From Myxococcales bacterium (lineage in GTDB: Bacteria > Myxococcota_A > Polyangia > Palsa-1104): a stretch of 64,000 nucleotides of DNA. Location of the stretch: the NCBI GenBank assembly GCA_028287105.1, contig JAQBQH010000289.1, forward strand, positions 4,544 to 68,543, in the 5' to 3' direction. Numbering within the stretch: position 1 is the first letter of the stretch; each line of letters opens with the position of its first letter. The notes below the pieces were generated by a model, which was not told the DNA's origin, did not search any database, and worked only from the letters and a program-made list of their open reading frames with translations. Of this stretch, positions 41,350 to 51,918 are shown piece by piece. The position numbers were made by a program, and so were the translations under genes.

Positions 41350-42534
41350 CTATCGCAAGAGGCGCTTGAGCTCGGAGGTCAGCTCGCCCTCGCCGATGCG
41401 ACGCGTCTCGCGGGTACGCATGTTGCGCACCTGAACCTCGCCGTTCTTGCGCTCGCCCTCGCCGCACAGCACCACGACCCGCGCGTGGACCTCGTCGGCG
41501 CGCGAGAGCTGCTCGGCCCAGCCGCCGTCGCCGAGGTCGACGTCGACGCGAAAGCCGCGGGCCCGCTCGGCGGCCGCCGCGCGGAACGCCCAGGCGCGCG
41601 CCGCGGTTCCCTGCGCCGCGATGAAGATCTCGCAGCCGGGCTCGAAGCTGGCGTCGGCAGGCGTCACACACGCCGCCGCGCGCACGAGGCCCAGCGTCAG
41701 CCCCACTGCCGGCGACGCGGCGCTGCCGAGCGCGGCGAGCAGGCCGTCGCGCCGCCCGCCGCGAGCCACGGCCAGGGTCGCACCGTCGGTGGCGCGGGCG
41801 CGCAGCTCCACGATCGTGCGCGCATAACGCCCGCCGCCGAACGCCAGCCGGACGTCGTCACGCGCGACGATGCCGGCCGCCTCCATCGTCGCCAGGACCG
41901 CCTCGTGATGCTTGAGCGCCGGCGTCGACACGAACTCGCGCAAGGCCGGCGCCGCCGCGGCCAGCGCGCGGCAGCCCTCTTCGTCGCAGCTGAAGAAGCG
42001 CAGCGGATCGGGCGACGCCTGGCACCGGTCACACTGTAATCCCCTGAGCTCCGCTATCGCGGTCAGGTAGCGCTGCTGATCGCCCGGATCCCCGACGGTC
42101 GACACCACCAGCTCCGCCTCCGACAGGCCGGGGTCGGCTCCGAGCGCCAGCGCCAGCGCGCCCACCTCGGCATCGGCAGCGGGGCCGGCGCTGCCGAAGA
42201 TGACCCCGCAGGTCACCTCGTAGCTGCCGAGGCGAAGGCGGCCCGCCGGCGCGGCGTCGAAGAGCAGCCCCGACATCATGCGCCGTGCGAACTGGCCGCG
42301 CTTCCCCGAGAGCGAATGCGCGCGCGCCAACGCCGCCATCCCATCCGCGCGCAGCTCCGAGCCGTCGGGCAGCGCCATCGTGGGCGCGCCGATGCGCGCG
42401 TTGTGGCCGGCCGGCTCGAGCGCCGTCGGGATCAGCTCGCGATAGCCGTGCGCGCGAAAGACGGCGAAGGCACGCCGCCCGACGAAGCGAACCTTCGCCG
42501 CCTCGTCCGGCCCGGCGTCAGACGTGGGTAGCAC
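41350..42534 (-). CDS. Histidyl-tRNA synthetase-like paralog with degenerate catalytic motifs
   Basis: HGYRELIPTALE, CDRC...PLRFFSC...C insertion, GGRRDGL, C-terminal anticodon-binding domain (GEGERKNGEVQVRNM). Start is uncertain (42534 GTG or 42591 ATG). Confidence 0.75.
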   Translation of the reverse strand: MLPTSDAGPDEAAKVRFVGRRAFAVFRAHGYRELIPTALEPAGHNARIGAPTMALPDGSELRADGMAALARAHSLSGKRGQFARRMMSGLLFDAAPAGRLRLGSYEVTCGVIFGSAGPAADAEVGALALALGADPGLSEAELVVSTVGDPGDQQRYLTAIAELRGLQCDRCQASPDPLRFFSCDEEGCRALAAAAPALREFVSTPALKHHEAVLATMEAAGIVARDDVRLAFGGGRYARTIVELRARATDGATLAVARGGRRDGLLAALGSAASPAVGLTLGLVRAAACVTPADASFEPGCEIFIAAQGTAARAWAFRAAAAERARGFRVDVDLGDGGWAEQLSRADEVHARVVVLCGEGERKNGEVQVRNMRTRETRRIGEGELTSELKRLLR

Positions 42535-42607
42535 GCCGTGACAATACCACGGAGCCACCAGCTGACGCGCGCCCTTGGGTGCCGACGTCATGCTAGTGTC
42601 GCCGCCC

Positions 42608-43600
42608 GTGGAGCTCATCGTCAGCGACGGGGCGCAGCTCTTGCGCGACGGCCGTCCATTCCGCTTCGTGCTCGCCAACGCCTACTATCTCGCCGACGAA
42701 GTGGGGCAGGGCGCGCGCGCGCACGCGATCGAGGCGCTCGACGCCGCCGCGACGCTCGGCCTCGCCGTCGTGCGCGCCTGGGCCTTCAACGACGATCCGC
42801 AAAAAACGAGCCGCATGCAGAACGGCCTCGGCGACGCGCACGAGCCGGGAATGCGCGCGCTCGACGAGGTGGTCGCCGAAGCGGGCCGGCGAAACCTGCG
42901 CCTCATCCTGCCGCTCCTCAATTATTGGCCGGCCTACGGCGGCCTCGCGCAGTGGCTCGCCTGGCGCGGCACGCCCGTCGCCGACGCCGATCGCGATCAT
43001 CCCGAGCGCTACGCGGCCAGCTTCTATCGCGACACGCAGCTGCGCGACGCCTATCGCCACCGCGTCGAGGGGCTGCTCGATCGCCGCAACACGGTGACCG
43101 GCGCGCGGTACGGCGACGATCCGACGGTGCTCGCCTGGGAGCTCATGAACGAGCCGCGCGGCGCGCCCGACGATTGGATCGCGTTCGCCGCGGCCGTCGT
43201 GCGCGGAAGGTGCAGACAACTGGTTGCACTCGGCGACGAAGATGCGCGCGACTCGCCCGATCTCGATCTGACGTCGCTGCACTTCTATCCCGAGAAACAG
43301 TCGGCTGCGGACGACGCCGAGCGCTTCGGCAACGCCGCCATTCAGTCGGCCGCGCACCGCGTGACGCATCCGCTCATCGTCGGGGAATTCGGCCTGCGCA
43401 ACGATGGCTTGCCGCTCGCGACCCGACAATCGGCCTACCGCGCCTGGTTCGCCAGCGCCGTCGACGCGGGCGTCACCGGCATCGGTCCGTGGCTGCTCGG
43501 ATACGCCGCGCGACCGCCCGCGTGGGACGAAGAGTACACGTTCTCGGTCGGGGGTGATTACGACGCGCTGCTCCGCGCGGCCGTCGAAGATTTCTCTTAA
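42608..43600 (+). CDS. GH5 glycoside hydrolase (mannanase-like)
   Basis: NAYY, VVRAWAFND, NYW..YGG, AWELMNEPR, SLHFYP, IVGEFG. Confidence 0.88.
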   Translation: MELIVSDGAQLLRDGRPFRFVLANAYYLADEVGQGARAHAIEALDAAATLGLAVVRAWAFNDDPQKTSRMQNGLGDAHEPGMRALDEVVAEAGRRNLRLILPLLNYWPAYGGLAQWLAWRGTPVADADRDHPERYAASFYRDTQLRDAYRHRVEGLLDRRNTVTGARYGDDPTVLAWELMNEPRGAPDDWIAFAAAVVRGRCRQLVALGDEDARDSPDLDLTSLHFYPEKQSAADDAERFGNAAIQSAAHRVTHPLIVGEFGLRNDGLPLATRQSAYRAWFASAVDAGVTGIGPWLLGYAARPPAWDEEYTFSVGGDYDALLRAAVEDFS

Positions 43601-43658
43601 AAGTTTTGTGGCCCCAACCATCGATCTCGAAGGTCCGGCCGTGGTACCAATTGCGCGA

Positions 43659-45443
43659 ATGGGGGAGCGCAGAACGCTAGGGCGCTTCGTGTGCGGGGAG
43701 CGGGTCGCGAGCGGCCCGATAGGTGCTCTCCATCGCGCGCGAGTGTACGGCGACGCGGGGTTCGAAAAGGACTTCGCGCTCCTCGTCGTCGACGGCAAGC
43801 TGTCGCGTGATCGCGGCTCGCTGGGGCGGCTGGTGCGCGCGGCCAACGGCTGGGCGCGGCTGAACTACCCGCGCATCGCGCACGCGCATGAGCTCGGCGT
43901 CGAGGACGACACCTATTACCTCGTCAGCGATTGGCTGCGCGCCGCCACCGTCGGCGCGCTGACCGTCGACGGACCGCTGCCGGTCGACATCGCGCTGCTG
44001 CTCGCGGCGGACATCGCCGACGCGGTGGCGCACGCGCATGCGCGCCAGGACCTCGTCGCCGGCGGCATCCTGCATCTCGGGCTGTGCCCCGAGACGGTGC
44101 TGATCGACGCCGCCGGCAACGTCACGGTGCGCGACTTCGGGCTGCTCGCGGCGCGCATCACGCCCAACTGGGCCGACGACGATCGACTCGTCTATGTGCT
44201 GCGCTACTGCGCGCCCGAGGTGCAGGAGGGCGGGATCGTCGACGTGCGCGCCGATGTCTTCGCGCTCGGCGCGCTCTTGTTCGAGCTGCTCACCGGACAT
44301 CCGGCGTTCGGCGGCACACGCGCGCGCGACATCGCCGCGCAGGTGCAGGCGTCGCCACCGTCGCTGACCGGGGTTCCGGCGGCGGTGGGGCCGCTTCTGG
44401 CGCGCGCGCTCGAGGCGCGGGCGGCGGCGCGGCTGCCGTCGCTGACCGAGCTGCGCACGCAGGCGCTGGCGCTGCTCGGCGATCGCGCTTTAGCGGCGCG
44501 CGCGGCGCTGGTCGAGCGCATCAAGCCGCGGCTGCCGGCGGACGTCGCCCGACCCTCGCCGCTCGACGTCGCCGCCGAGGCCGAGCCCGCCGGCGCAGCG
44601 ATCGGCGTATCGAGCGCCGTACGCGCCATCACGATCGCCGACGACTACTTCAACGCCCCGCTGAGCTCCGCCGCCGCCGACCCTCTTCCACTGCCGCCGC
44701 CGCCTTCGATGATCCCGTCGACGCTCTCCGATGGAGCGCGGCCGATGTGGGGCGGGCGTCCGCTGCTCCAGCCGTCGCAGCTCACGGTGTGGGACCCGCC
44801 GTCGACGACGGCGACGACCACGCTCGACGCCCTTCGGCGCAAGCGGAGCAAGGGTTGGCTGCGCGCGGCCGTGCCGCTGGCGCTCCTCTTTGCCGTCGGT
44901 GGCGCGGCGCTGGTCTGGCAACGCGTCGAGCACAACCGCGACCGCATGCGGGCCGCCGAGCGCACTACCGCAGAAGCGCACCGCGCGCCACCGACGCCGC
45001 CGCCGACCCGCGTCGCCTCGACGCCGCCGGGCGCGCAGATCTACGTCGACGGCGTCGCGTTCGGCCAGACCCCGGTCAGCCTCGCGCTCGAGAACGGCGA
45101 GCACAAGATCGTCCTCGTCGCCGAGGGCATGTCGCTGTGGCGCGGGCCCGTCGACGCCGGCGCCAGCATCGATGCCCAGCTCGTGCCGGCGCACCTGCCG
45201 GCGACGCTCGAGGGCGAAGCCGGCCTCAAGCTGGTGTGCAAGCAGCCGGGCCTCTTTCGCGTGTTCGTCGACGGCGTCGACACCGGCCGCACCTGCCCCG
45301 TCGAGGAGCGCATCGCCATGACGCCGGGCGCGCACAAGCTGGCGCTCTACGCCCCGCGTGGCGACCGCAACGTCGACGTGCAGCGGCCGGTCGTGGTCAA
45401 GGATCGCGGCTCTTCGACGCGCATTATATTAGAAGACGAATGA
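43659..45443 (+). CDS. Membrane Ser/Thr pseudokinase with PEGA domains
   Basis: Kinase fold with FALLV for VAVK and HLGLCPET for HRDLKPxN; DFG and YCAPE retained. TM, then STPPGAQIYVDG (PEGA). Confidence 0.82.
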   Translation: MGERRTLGRFVCGERVASGPIGALHRARVYGDAGFEKDFALLVVDGKLSRDRGSLGRLVRAANGWARLNYPRIAHAHELGVEDDTYYLVSDWLRAATVGALTVDGPLPVDIALLLAADIADAVAHAHARQDLVAGGILHLGLCPETVLIDAAGNVTVRDFGLLAARITPNWADDDRLVYVLRYCAPEVQEGGIVDVRADVFALGALLFELLTGHPAFGGTRARDIAAQVQASPPSLTGVPAAVGPLLARALEARAAARLPSLTELRTQALALLGDRALAARAALVERIKPRLPADVARPSPLDVAAEAEPAGAAIGVSSAVRAITIADDYFNAPLSSAAADPLPLPPPPSMIPSTLSDGARPMWGGRPLLQPSQLTVWDPPSTTATTTLDALRRKRSKGWLRAAVPLALLFAVGGAALVWQRVEHNRDRMRAAERTTAEAHRAPPTPPPTRVASTPPGAQIYVDGVAFGQTPVSLALENGEHKIVLVAEGMSLWRGPVDAGASIDAQLVPAHLPATLEGEAGLKLVCKQPGLFRVFVDGVDTGRTCPVEERIAMTPGAHKLALYAPRGDRNVDVQRPVVVKDRGSSTRIILEDE

Positions 45444-45613
45444 CCGAGATCATCCTGCTCGTCGTCGTCGCGGTGCTGATCGCGGGCTTTTCCTATCTGA
45501 CCAACGCCGGATTCGGCGATCGCAAGCCGAAGGAGCTCAGGGAGAAGGAAAAAGCGCGCGCGAAGGCTCAGGCCTCGGCTGCGGCCGACGACGCTCCGCC
45601 GCCGCACAAGTAG
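45440..45613 (+). CDS. Small single-pass membrane protein (57 aa)
   Basis: ATGA overlap with the pseudokinase; [20 protein letters not shown] plus a charged tail. Confidence 0.55.
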   Translation: MTEIILLVVVAVLIAGFSYLTNAGFGDRKPKELREKEKARAKAQASAAADDAPPPHK

Positions 45614-46500
45614 AGCAGCGCCATGCGCACGGCCACGCCGTAGGCCACCTGGTCGAGGATCACGCTGCGTGCGCCGTCGGCGACCGCCGGGTCGAGCTCC
45701 ACGCCGCGATTGATGGGTCCCGGATGCATGACGATGGCGTCGGGCTTGAGCGTCGCCGCCAGCCGCGGGCCGAGGCCGAAGTAGCGGCTGTACTCCCGCG
45801 TGTTGGGAAAGAGGCCCGCGCCGCCGAGCCGCTCGAGCTGGATGCGCAGCATCATGACCACGTCGGCCCCTTCGACGGCGGGCTCGACGCGCTCGAAGAC
45901 GGTGGCGCCCATCTCCTCGATGCCGACGGGCAGCATGGTGCGCGGTCCGGCGACGCGGACGTGCGCGCCCAGCTTGGTGAGCGCCAGGATGTCCGAGCGC
46001 GCCACGCGCGAGTGGGCGATGTCGCCGACGATGGCGACGGTGAGCCCGGCGACCTTGCCCTTGTGCTTGCGGATGGTCGCCGCGTCGAGGAGCGCCTGCG
46101 TGGGGTGCTCGTGCGTGCCGTCGCCGGCGTTGATGACCGCGGCGTCGACGTGCTTGGCGATGAAGTGCGGCGCGCCCGACGACGAATGGCGCAGCACGAT
46201 GACGTCGGGCGCCATCGCCTGCAGGTTCTTGGCGGTGTCGAGGAGCGTCTCGCCCTTGGTCGTCGACGACGTCGAGCCGGAGATGTTGACCGCGTCGGCC
46301 GAGAGGCGCTTGGCCGCGATCTCGAACGAAGTGCGCGTGCGCGTCGAGGCCTCGAGGAACAGGTTGATGACGGTCTTGCCGCGCAGGGTCGGCACCTTCT
46401 TGATCGGGCGCGTGTTGATCTCGGCGAAGGTGTCGGCGAGATCGAGGATCTTGGTGATCTCGGCGACGCTGAGACCCTCGATCCCGAGCAGATGCTTCAT
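45568..46500 (-). CDS. pyrB: Aspartate carbamoyltransferase catalytic subunit
   Basis: [43 protein letters not shown]. Confidence 0.97.
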   Translation of the reverse strand: MKHLLGIEGLSVAEITKILDLADTFAEINTRPIKKVPTLRGKTVINLFLEASTRTRTSFEIAAKRLSADAVNISGSTSSTTKGETLLDTAKNLQAMAPDVIVLRHSSSGAPHFIAKHVDAAVINAGDGTHEHPTQALLDAATIRKHKGKVAGLTVAIVGDIAHSRVARSDILALTKLGAHVRVAGPRTMLPVGIEEMGATVFERVEPAVEGADVVMMLRIQLERLGGAGLFPNTREYSRYFGLGPRLAATLKPDAIVMHPGPINRGVELDPAVADGARSVILDQVAYGVAVRMALLYLCGGGASSAAAEA

Positions 46501-47033
46501 GGCTTCTCCCGGAGCACGGCGCGGTCCCGCCCGTCGAGGATCACCTTGACCGACTGCTGGCGGGTGGTCTCGACCTTGAGCCCGACGTAGTCGGGTTGGA
46601 TGGGGAGCTCGCGATGGCCGCGGTCGACCAGCACCGCGAGCTGCACCGCGCGCGGGCGGCCGAAGTCCATGAGCGCGTCGAGCGCGGCGCGGATGGTGCG
46701 GCCGGTGTAGAGCACGTCGTCGACGAGGATGATGGTCTTGCCGGCGGCGGCGTTGCCCGGCAGCGTCGTCGTGCCGACCTCCGGTTTCGGCAGCCCTTCG
46801 AAGACGTCATCGCGATAGAGCGTGATATCGATGGCGCCGACTTTTGCTTCGACTTCGCCGGCGTCGGCGATGAAGGCCGCCAGCCGCTCGGCCAGGGGCA
46901 CGCCCGCGGTGCGGATGCCGACGAGCACCACCTCACCGACGGCGGCGTTGCGCTCGACGATCTCGTGCGCGATGCGTTTGAGCGCGCGGCTGATGCCCGC
47001 TTGATCGAGCAGCTCGCGCTTCTCGATCAGCAT
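46497..47033 (-). CDS. pyrR: Bifunctional pyr regulator/uracil phosphoribosyltransferase
   Basis: [42 protein letters not shown]. Confidence 0.96.
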   Translation of the reverse strand: MLIEKRELLDQAGISRALKRIAHEIVERNAAVGEVVLVGIRTAGVPLAERLAAFIADAGEVEAKVGAIDITLYRDDVFEGLPKPEVGTTTLPGNAAAGKTIILVDDVLYTGRTIRAALDALMDFGRPRAVQLAVLVDRGHRELPIQPDYVGLKVETTRQQSVKVILDGRDRAVLREKP

Positions 47034-47113
47034 GGGCGGCAACCTGGGCGGCGGGACGTGCAGCACCGGCAAAGCTCGCTCACGGCGGCCTTTGGTACTA
47101 CACTGCGCTCGGC

Positions 47114-47839
47114 ATGTCCACCGCCGGCATCATCCTCATCGGCGACGAGATCCTCTCCGGCAAGGTCCGCGACGAGAACGCCCTCTTCTTGGTAGGCGAG
47201 CTGCGCGGCCTCGGCGTCCACCTGCGCAAGATCGTCGTCATCCCCGATGTGCTCGACGAGATCTCGACGACCGTCGCCAGCTGCGCGGCCGCGTTCGATC
47301 ATGTCTTCACCTCGGGCGGTGTCGGGCCGACGCACGACGATCTGACCATGGAAGGCGTGGCGCGGGCGTTCGGCGCCAAGGTGATCCGCCATCCGGAGCT
47401 CGAGGCGCTCCTCCGCGGCTACTACGGCGAGCGGCTGCAGGAGCGCAACCTGCGCATGGCCGACGTGCCCGACGGCGCCCACTTCGTCCAGGGCGACGCC
47501 ACGCCCGGCTGGCCGGTGGTCGCCATGCGCAACGTGTACATCCTGCCCGGCGTGCCGGAGCTGTTCCGCCGCAAATTCCAATCGATCAAGGAGCAATTCC
47601 GCGACGGTCCGTTCCACCTGCGCCAGGTGTTCACGACCTCGGAGGAGGGGCACATCGCCCATGAGCTCGACCGCATCGTCGCGGCCTACGCGGCGGTCCA
47701 GGTCGGCAGCTACCCGACGTTCTCGTCGCCGGACTACAAGGTCAAGGTCACCATCGAGGGCAAGGACGCCGAGGCGGTGCGCGCCGCGTGCGACGATCTC
47801 GTCCGGGCGCTCGGGCAGTCGGTCCTCCGCGTCGAATGA
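47114..47839 (+). CDS. CinA N-terminal-like molybdopterin-binding/FAD-synthase-like protein
   Basis: [34 protein letters not shown]. Confidence 0.88.
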   Translation: MSTAGIILIGDEILSGKVRDENALFLVGELRGLGVHLRKIVVIPDVLDEISTTVASCAAAFDHVFTSGGVGPTHDDLTMEGVARAFGAKVIRHPELEALLRGYYGERLQERNLRMADVPDGAHFVQGDATPGWPVVAMRNVYILPGVPELFRRKFQSIKEQFRDGPFHLRQVFTTSEEGHIAHELDRIVAAYAAVQVGSYPTFSSPDYKVKVTIEGKDAEAVRAACDDLVRALGQSVLRVE

Positions 47840-47888
47840 GCGCGTACTAGCTCTTGCGCAAACGGCCGGGCGTAGGTACACATTCGGC

Positions 47889-49190
47889 GTGCCCGCGGCA
47901 CTCCTCTTGAAGGGCGGGCGGGTCATCGATCCCGCCGGCGAAATCGACAAAGTCACCGACGTGTTGATCGAGGACGGCGTGGTCAAAGCCGTCGAGGCCG
48001 GCGCGCGGGTCGACGGAGCGCGCGTCATCGACTGCGCCGGCAAGGTCGTCACGCCCGGCTTCATCGATCTGCACGTGCACCTGCGCGAGCCGGGCCACGA
48101 GTACAAAGAGGACATCGCGTCGGGCGCGCGGGCGGCCGCGGCGGGCGGCTTCACGACCGTCTGCTGCATGCCCAACACCAACCCGCCCAACGACAACCGT
48201 TCGGTCACCGACCTCATCGTGCGGCGCGCGCGCGAGGCGGCCATCGTGCGCGTGCTGCCCATCGGCGCCATCTCCAAGGGGCTCAAGGGCGAGTCGCTGG
48301 CCGAGATGGGCGAGATGAAGGACGCCGGCATCATCGCCGTCAGCGACGACGGAATGCCGGTCATGAACGCCGATCTGATGCGGCGCGCGCTCGAGTACGC
48401 CCGCACCTTCGGGCTGTGTGTCGTGCAGCACGCCGAGGACAAGCAGCTGGCGCAGGGCGGCGTGATGAACGAGGGGCCGGCGGCGACGCGCGCCGGGCTG
48501 CGCGGACAGCCGCCCGCGGCCGAGTCGGTCATGGTGGCGCGCGATCTCGAGCTGGTCGAGTGGACGGGCGCCCGCTATCACGTGGCGCACATCTCGACGG
48601 CAGCGTCGGTGCGGGCGGTGCGCGAGGCCAAGCGGCGCGGGCTGCGCGTGACGGCGGAGGTGACGCCGCATCACCTGACGCTCACCGACGTCGCCTGCTG
48701 CTCGTACGACACGGCGACCAAGTGCGCGCCGCCCTTGCGCTCGGAGGCCGACAAGCAGGCGCTGCGCGAGGCGCTCGCCGACGGCACCATCGATTGCATC
48801 GCGACCGATCACGCGCCGCACCAGGCGCAGGAGAAAGACGTCGAGTTCGATCAGGCGGCCTTCGGCATGCTCGGCCTCGAGACGGCGCTGGGCCTCGGGC
48901 TCAAGCTGGTCGACGACAAGGTGCTGACGCTGGCGACGCTGATTCGCCGGCTCACCGTCGGCGCGGCGCAGGTGTTCGAGCTGCCGGGCGGGACGCTGCG
49001 CGCAGGCGCGGCCGCGGACGTGACCATCTTCGATCCGGCCGCGGTCTACAAAGTGGATCCGGCGACCTTTCGCTCGAAGTCGCGCAACTCGCCGTTCCGC
49101 GGCTGGGAGCTGCGCGGGCGGGTGACGCACACCATCGTCGCGGGGCAGCTGGTGTTCGACTACGGCTCCGAGGAGGTCGCGCGTGGCTGA
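47889..49190 (+). CDS. pyrC: Dihydroorotase (multifunctional-complex type)
   Basis: [39 protein letters not shown]. Confidence 0.95.
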   Translation: MPAALLLKGGRVIDPAGEIDKVTDVLIEDGVVKAVEAGARVDGARVIDCAGKVVTPGFIDLHVHLREPGHEYKEDIASGARAAAAGGFTTVCCMPNTNPPNDNRSVTDLIVRRAREAAIVRVLPIGAISKGLKGESLAEMGEMKDAGIIAVSDDGMPVMNADLMRRALEYARTFGLCVVQHAEDKQLAQGGVMNEGPAATRAGLRGQPPAAESVMVARDLELVEWTGARYHVAHISTAASVRAVREAKRRGLRVTAEVTPHHLTLTDVACCSYDTATKCAPPLRSEADKQALREALADGTIDCIATDHAPHQAQEKDVEFDQAAFGMLGLETALGLGLKLVDDKVLTLATLIRRLTVGAAQVFELPGGTLRAGAAADVTIFDPAAVYKVDPATFRSKSRNSPFRGWELRGRVTHTIVAGQLVFDYGSEEVARG

Positions 49191-50331
49191 TCTAGCGCGA
49201 CTGGCGCTCGAGGACGGCACGGTCGTGCGCGGCCGCGCATTCGGCGCGCGCATCGCCGACGACAGCGGCGAAGGCGCGGGCGAGGTGGTCTTCAACACCG
49301 CGCTCACCGGCTACCAGGAGGTCGTGACCGATCCGTCGTATCGCGGGCAGATCGTGGTCATGACCGCGCCGGAGATCGGCAACACCGGCTGGAACGAAGA
49401 GGACCTCGAGTCGCCGCGGCCGTGGCTGTCGGGCTACGTCGTGCGCGAGCTGTCGCCGGTGGTCAGCAACTGGCGCTCGCAGACGACGCTCGACCGCGTG
49501 CTGGCCGAGGCGGGCGTGCCCGGCATCGAGGGCGTCGACACGCGCGCGCTCACGCAGAAGCTGCGCGATCAAGGCGCCATGCGCGGGATCATCACCACCC
49601 TCGCCGTCGACAAGTGCTCGGACGCGGCGCTCGTCGAGCGGGTCAAGCGCACGGCCGGGCTCGAAGGGCGCGACCTCGTTCGCGAGGTCACCTCGGCGGC
49701 CACGTACGGTTGGGAAGAGGGCAGCTGGCAGCACGCGCAGGACACGGCGGCGCGCCGCTCGCCCGACAAGCACGTCGTCGCCTACGACTTCGGGATGAAG
49801 CGCAACATCCTACGCAAGCTGGTCGACTCGGGCTGCCGCGTCACCGTCGTGCCGGCGACGACGAGCGCCGCCGAGGTCCTGGCGCTCCGTCCCGACGGCG
49901 TCTTCCTCTCCAACGGCCCCGGCGATCCGGCCGCGGTCACCTACGCCGCCGAGGCGTGCCGGCAGATCGTCGAGAAGAAGGTGCCGCTCTTCGGCATCTG
50001 CCTCGGCCATCAGATCCTCGGGCTGGCGCTCGGCGGCTCGACCTACAAGCTCAAGTTCGGCCATCACGGCGCCAACTGTCCGGTCATGGATCTGTCGACG
50101 CGCAAGGTCGAGATCACGTCGCAGAACCACGGCTTCGCGGTCGACGTCGAGTCGCTGCGCGGCAAGGCCGAGCTCAGCCACGTCAACTTGAACGACAACA
50201 CCGTCGAGGGCATGCGGCTCGGCGACCGGCCGGCGTTCAGCGTGCAATATCACCCGGAGGCGTCGCCGGGGCCGCACGACGCGTCGTACCTGTTCGACCG
50301 CTTCATGGCGCTCATCGAGAAGCATCGGTGA
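49183..50331 (+). CDS. carA: Carbamoyl-phosphate synthase small subunit
   Basis: [40 protein letters not shown]. Confidence 0.97.
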   Translation: MADLARLALEDGTVVRGRAFGARIADDSGEGAGEVVFNTALTGYQEVVTDPSYRGQIVVMTAPEIGNTGWNEEDLESPRPWLSGYVVRELSPVVSNWRSQTTLDRVLAEAGVPGIEGVDTRALTQKLRDQGAMRGIITTLAVDKCSDAALVERVKRTAGLEGRDLVREVTSAATYGWEEGSWQHAQDTAARRSPDKHVVAYDFGMKRNILRKLVDSGCRVTVVPATTSAAEVLALRPDGVFLSNGPGDPAAVTYAAEACRQIVEKKVPLFGICLGHQILGLALGGSTYKLKFGHHGANCPVMDLSTRKVEITSQNHGFAVDVESLRGKAELSHVNLNDNTVEGMRLGDRPAFSVQYHPEASPGPHDASYLFDRFMALIEKHR

Positions 50332-50341
50332 GGAGGCGGTC

Positions 50342-50971
50342 GTGAGCGTGCTGGCCGGGCTGCTCGACCGCGTCGTCGCCTACGCCGCGCGCGACGAGGC
50401 CGAGACGGTCAAGGCGCGCGAAGAGTGGGCGGAGAGGGCGGGGCGCGTCTTCGACGACGACTTTTTGTACGAGGAGCGCACCACCGCGTTTCTCGAGTGG
50501 TATGCGCTCGAGCGGCCGCTGGCCGACGGACGCGCACCGGCGCTGCGCTTCCTCGCCGACGAGAAGCTCGACGACAAAGAGGGCCAGTGGGTGCACGCGC
50601 TGGCGACCTCGCATCGCTCGCTGTTCGAGGTGCGCAAGGTCGACGACGGGATCATCCTGCTCGACGATCTCCTCGGCGGTGGCGAGTTCGCGGTGACCGA
50701 GCGGCGGCGCCTGCCCGGTGTCGAGGAGCACGAGATCTTCGAGGCGCGCCTCATCGCCAACGTCATGACGCCGCCGGAGATCCTGTTCACGCGCGCGTTC
50801 CAGTTCCATCCGCGCGAGGCGCGCGCCGAGCTCAAGCGCCACGCCGAAAAGGCGCGCAAGGCGGGCGAGCCGCGCGCCGAGACGCTGTTCCGCCTCTTGC
50901 TGCTGCGCTTGAAGGCGGTGCGCTACAAGCACGTCACCGCCGACAAGATCTACAAAGAAGAAGGCGGGTGA
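50342..50971 (+). CDS. Conserved hypothetical protein
   Basis: GAGGAGG SD; FLEWYALER, RSLFEV, DLLGG blocks; good codon bias. Confidence 0.75.
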   Translation: MSVLAGLLDRVVAYAARDEAETVKAREEWAERAGRVFDDDFLYEERTTAFLEWYALERPLADGRAPALRFLADEKLDDKEGQWVHALATSHRSLFEVRKVDDGIILLDDLLGGGEFAVTERRRLPGVEEHEIFEARLIANVMTPPEILFTRAFQFHPREARAELKRHAEKARKAGEPRAETLFRLLLLRLKAVRYKHVTADKIYKEEGG

Positions 50972-51894
50972 GATCGAGGCTGACAGCTGTCAGCTATCAG
51001 CTCTCAGCCCTCCTGCTCGCGTCGACGGCGTTGGCGCAGAGCGCCACGACCACCAGCGCGTCGACGGCGATTCCAGCGGAGCGCTTTTCGCCGGCGGTGG
51101 GGCCGGCCTCGCTCATCGGCGTCGAGGGCGCGGCCGTGACGCCGGCGGGCGCGGTGTCGTGGGCGGGGTCGGTCGATTGGGTGCATCAGCCGCTGACGTT
51201 GCGGCGGGCGTTCAGCGGCTCCGACGTGTCGCGGCCGGTGCGCGATGCGCTGGTCACCGACGTGGCGCTCGAGTTCGGGCTGTGGAAGCGGATCGCGGCG
51301 GCGGTCGGCGTTCCGGTCGTGCTCTATCAGGCCGGCGATCGGCTGCGCGGCACCGGCCTCGACGAAACGGCGCTCGCCACCACCGTGGCGGGCGATTTTC
51401 GCGTGCGCGTCAAGGCGCAGCTCGTCGGTGACGTGAGTCGGCCGGGGCTGCACGCCGCCATCCTCTTGCAGGTGACCGCGCCGACCAACGGGCAGCACGA
51501 CTTCGCCGCGCACGACAGCGCCACCGTCGAGCCGCGCGTCGTCGTCGACGGGCAGTGGGGCCGACTGACGGCCGGCGTATCGGTCGGCGCCCGCTTCGCC
51601 AACGAGCGCACGCTCTTTTTGACGCGTCTCGGGGACGAGCTGACCTGGGCGGCCGGCGTCGGCGCCAGCGTCATCGAGCGCAGCCGCCTCGGCGCCGGGC
51701 TGGTGGTCGAAGGTGCCGGCGCGGTCGGCGGCAGCGACGGGTCACGCCCGGTCGAGCTGCGCGGCGCGGTGCGACTGCGCCTCGGTCCCGTGGGGGTCGA
51801 CGCCGGTGCCGGCGCCGGGCTCGATCGCGATGCAGGCGCCCCCGCGTGGCGGCTCTTCCTCGTCGCCCGCTCGACGATCGGCCTTACGAAATAG
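50968..51894 (+). CDS. Secreted putative outer-membrane beta-barrel protein
   Basis: Signal peptide, ERFSPA, alternating beta-strand pattern, GAPAWR; GTGA overlap. Confidence 0.65.
   Translation: MRSRLTAVSYQLSALLLASTALAQSATTTSASTAIPAERFSPAVGPASLIGVEGAAVTPAGAVSWAGSVDWVHQPLTLRRAFSGSDVSRPVRDALVTDVALEFGLWKRIAAAVGVPVVLYQAGDRLRGTGLDETALATTVAGDFRVRVKAQLVGDVSRPGLHAAILLQVTAPTNGQHDFAAHDSATVEPRVVVDGQWGRLTAGVSVGARFANERTLFLTRLGDELTWAAGVGASVIERSRLGAGLVVEGAGAVGGSDGSRPVELRGAVRLRLGPVGVDAGAGAGLDRDAGAPAWRLFLVARSTIGLTK
50979..51008 (+). repeat. Heptamer tandem repeat, copy 3, with a 16-bp palindrome
   Basis: gctgacagctgtcagc tatcagc tctcagc. Confidence 0.6.
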
Positions 51895-51918
51895 CGATCT
51901 CGGTGTTACGTTTCTGAC

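Noticed and set aside
42589-42592. Second shared-CATG divergent start (hisS-like / GH5)
   Set aside because: Better-supported GTG starts with -10-like hexamers exist at 42534 (-) and 42608 (+).
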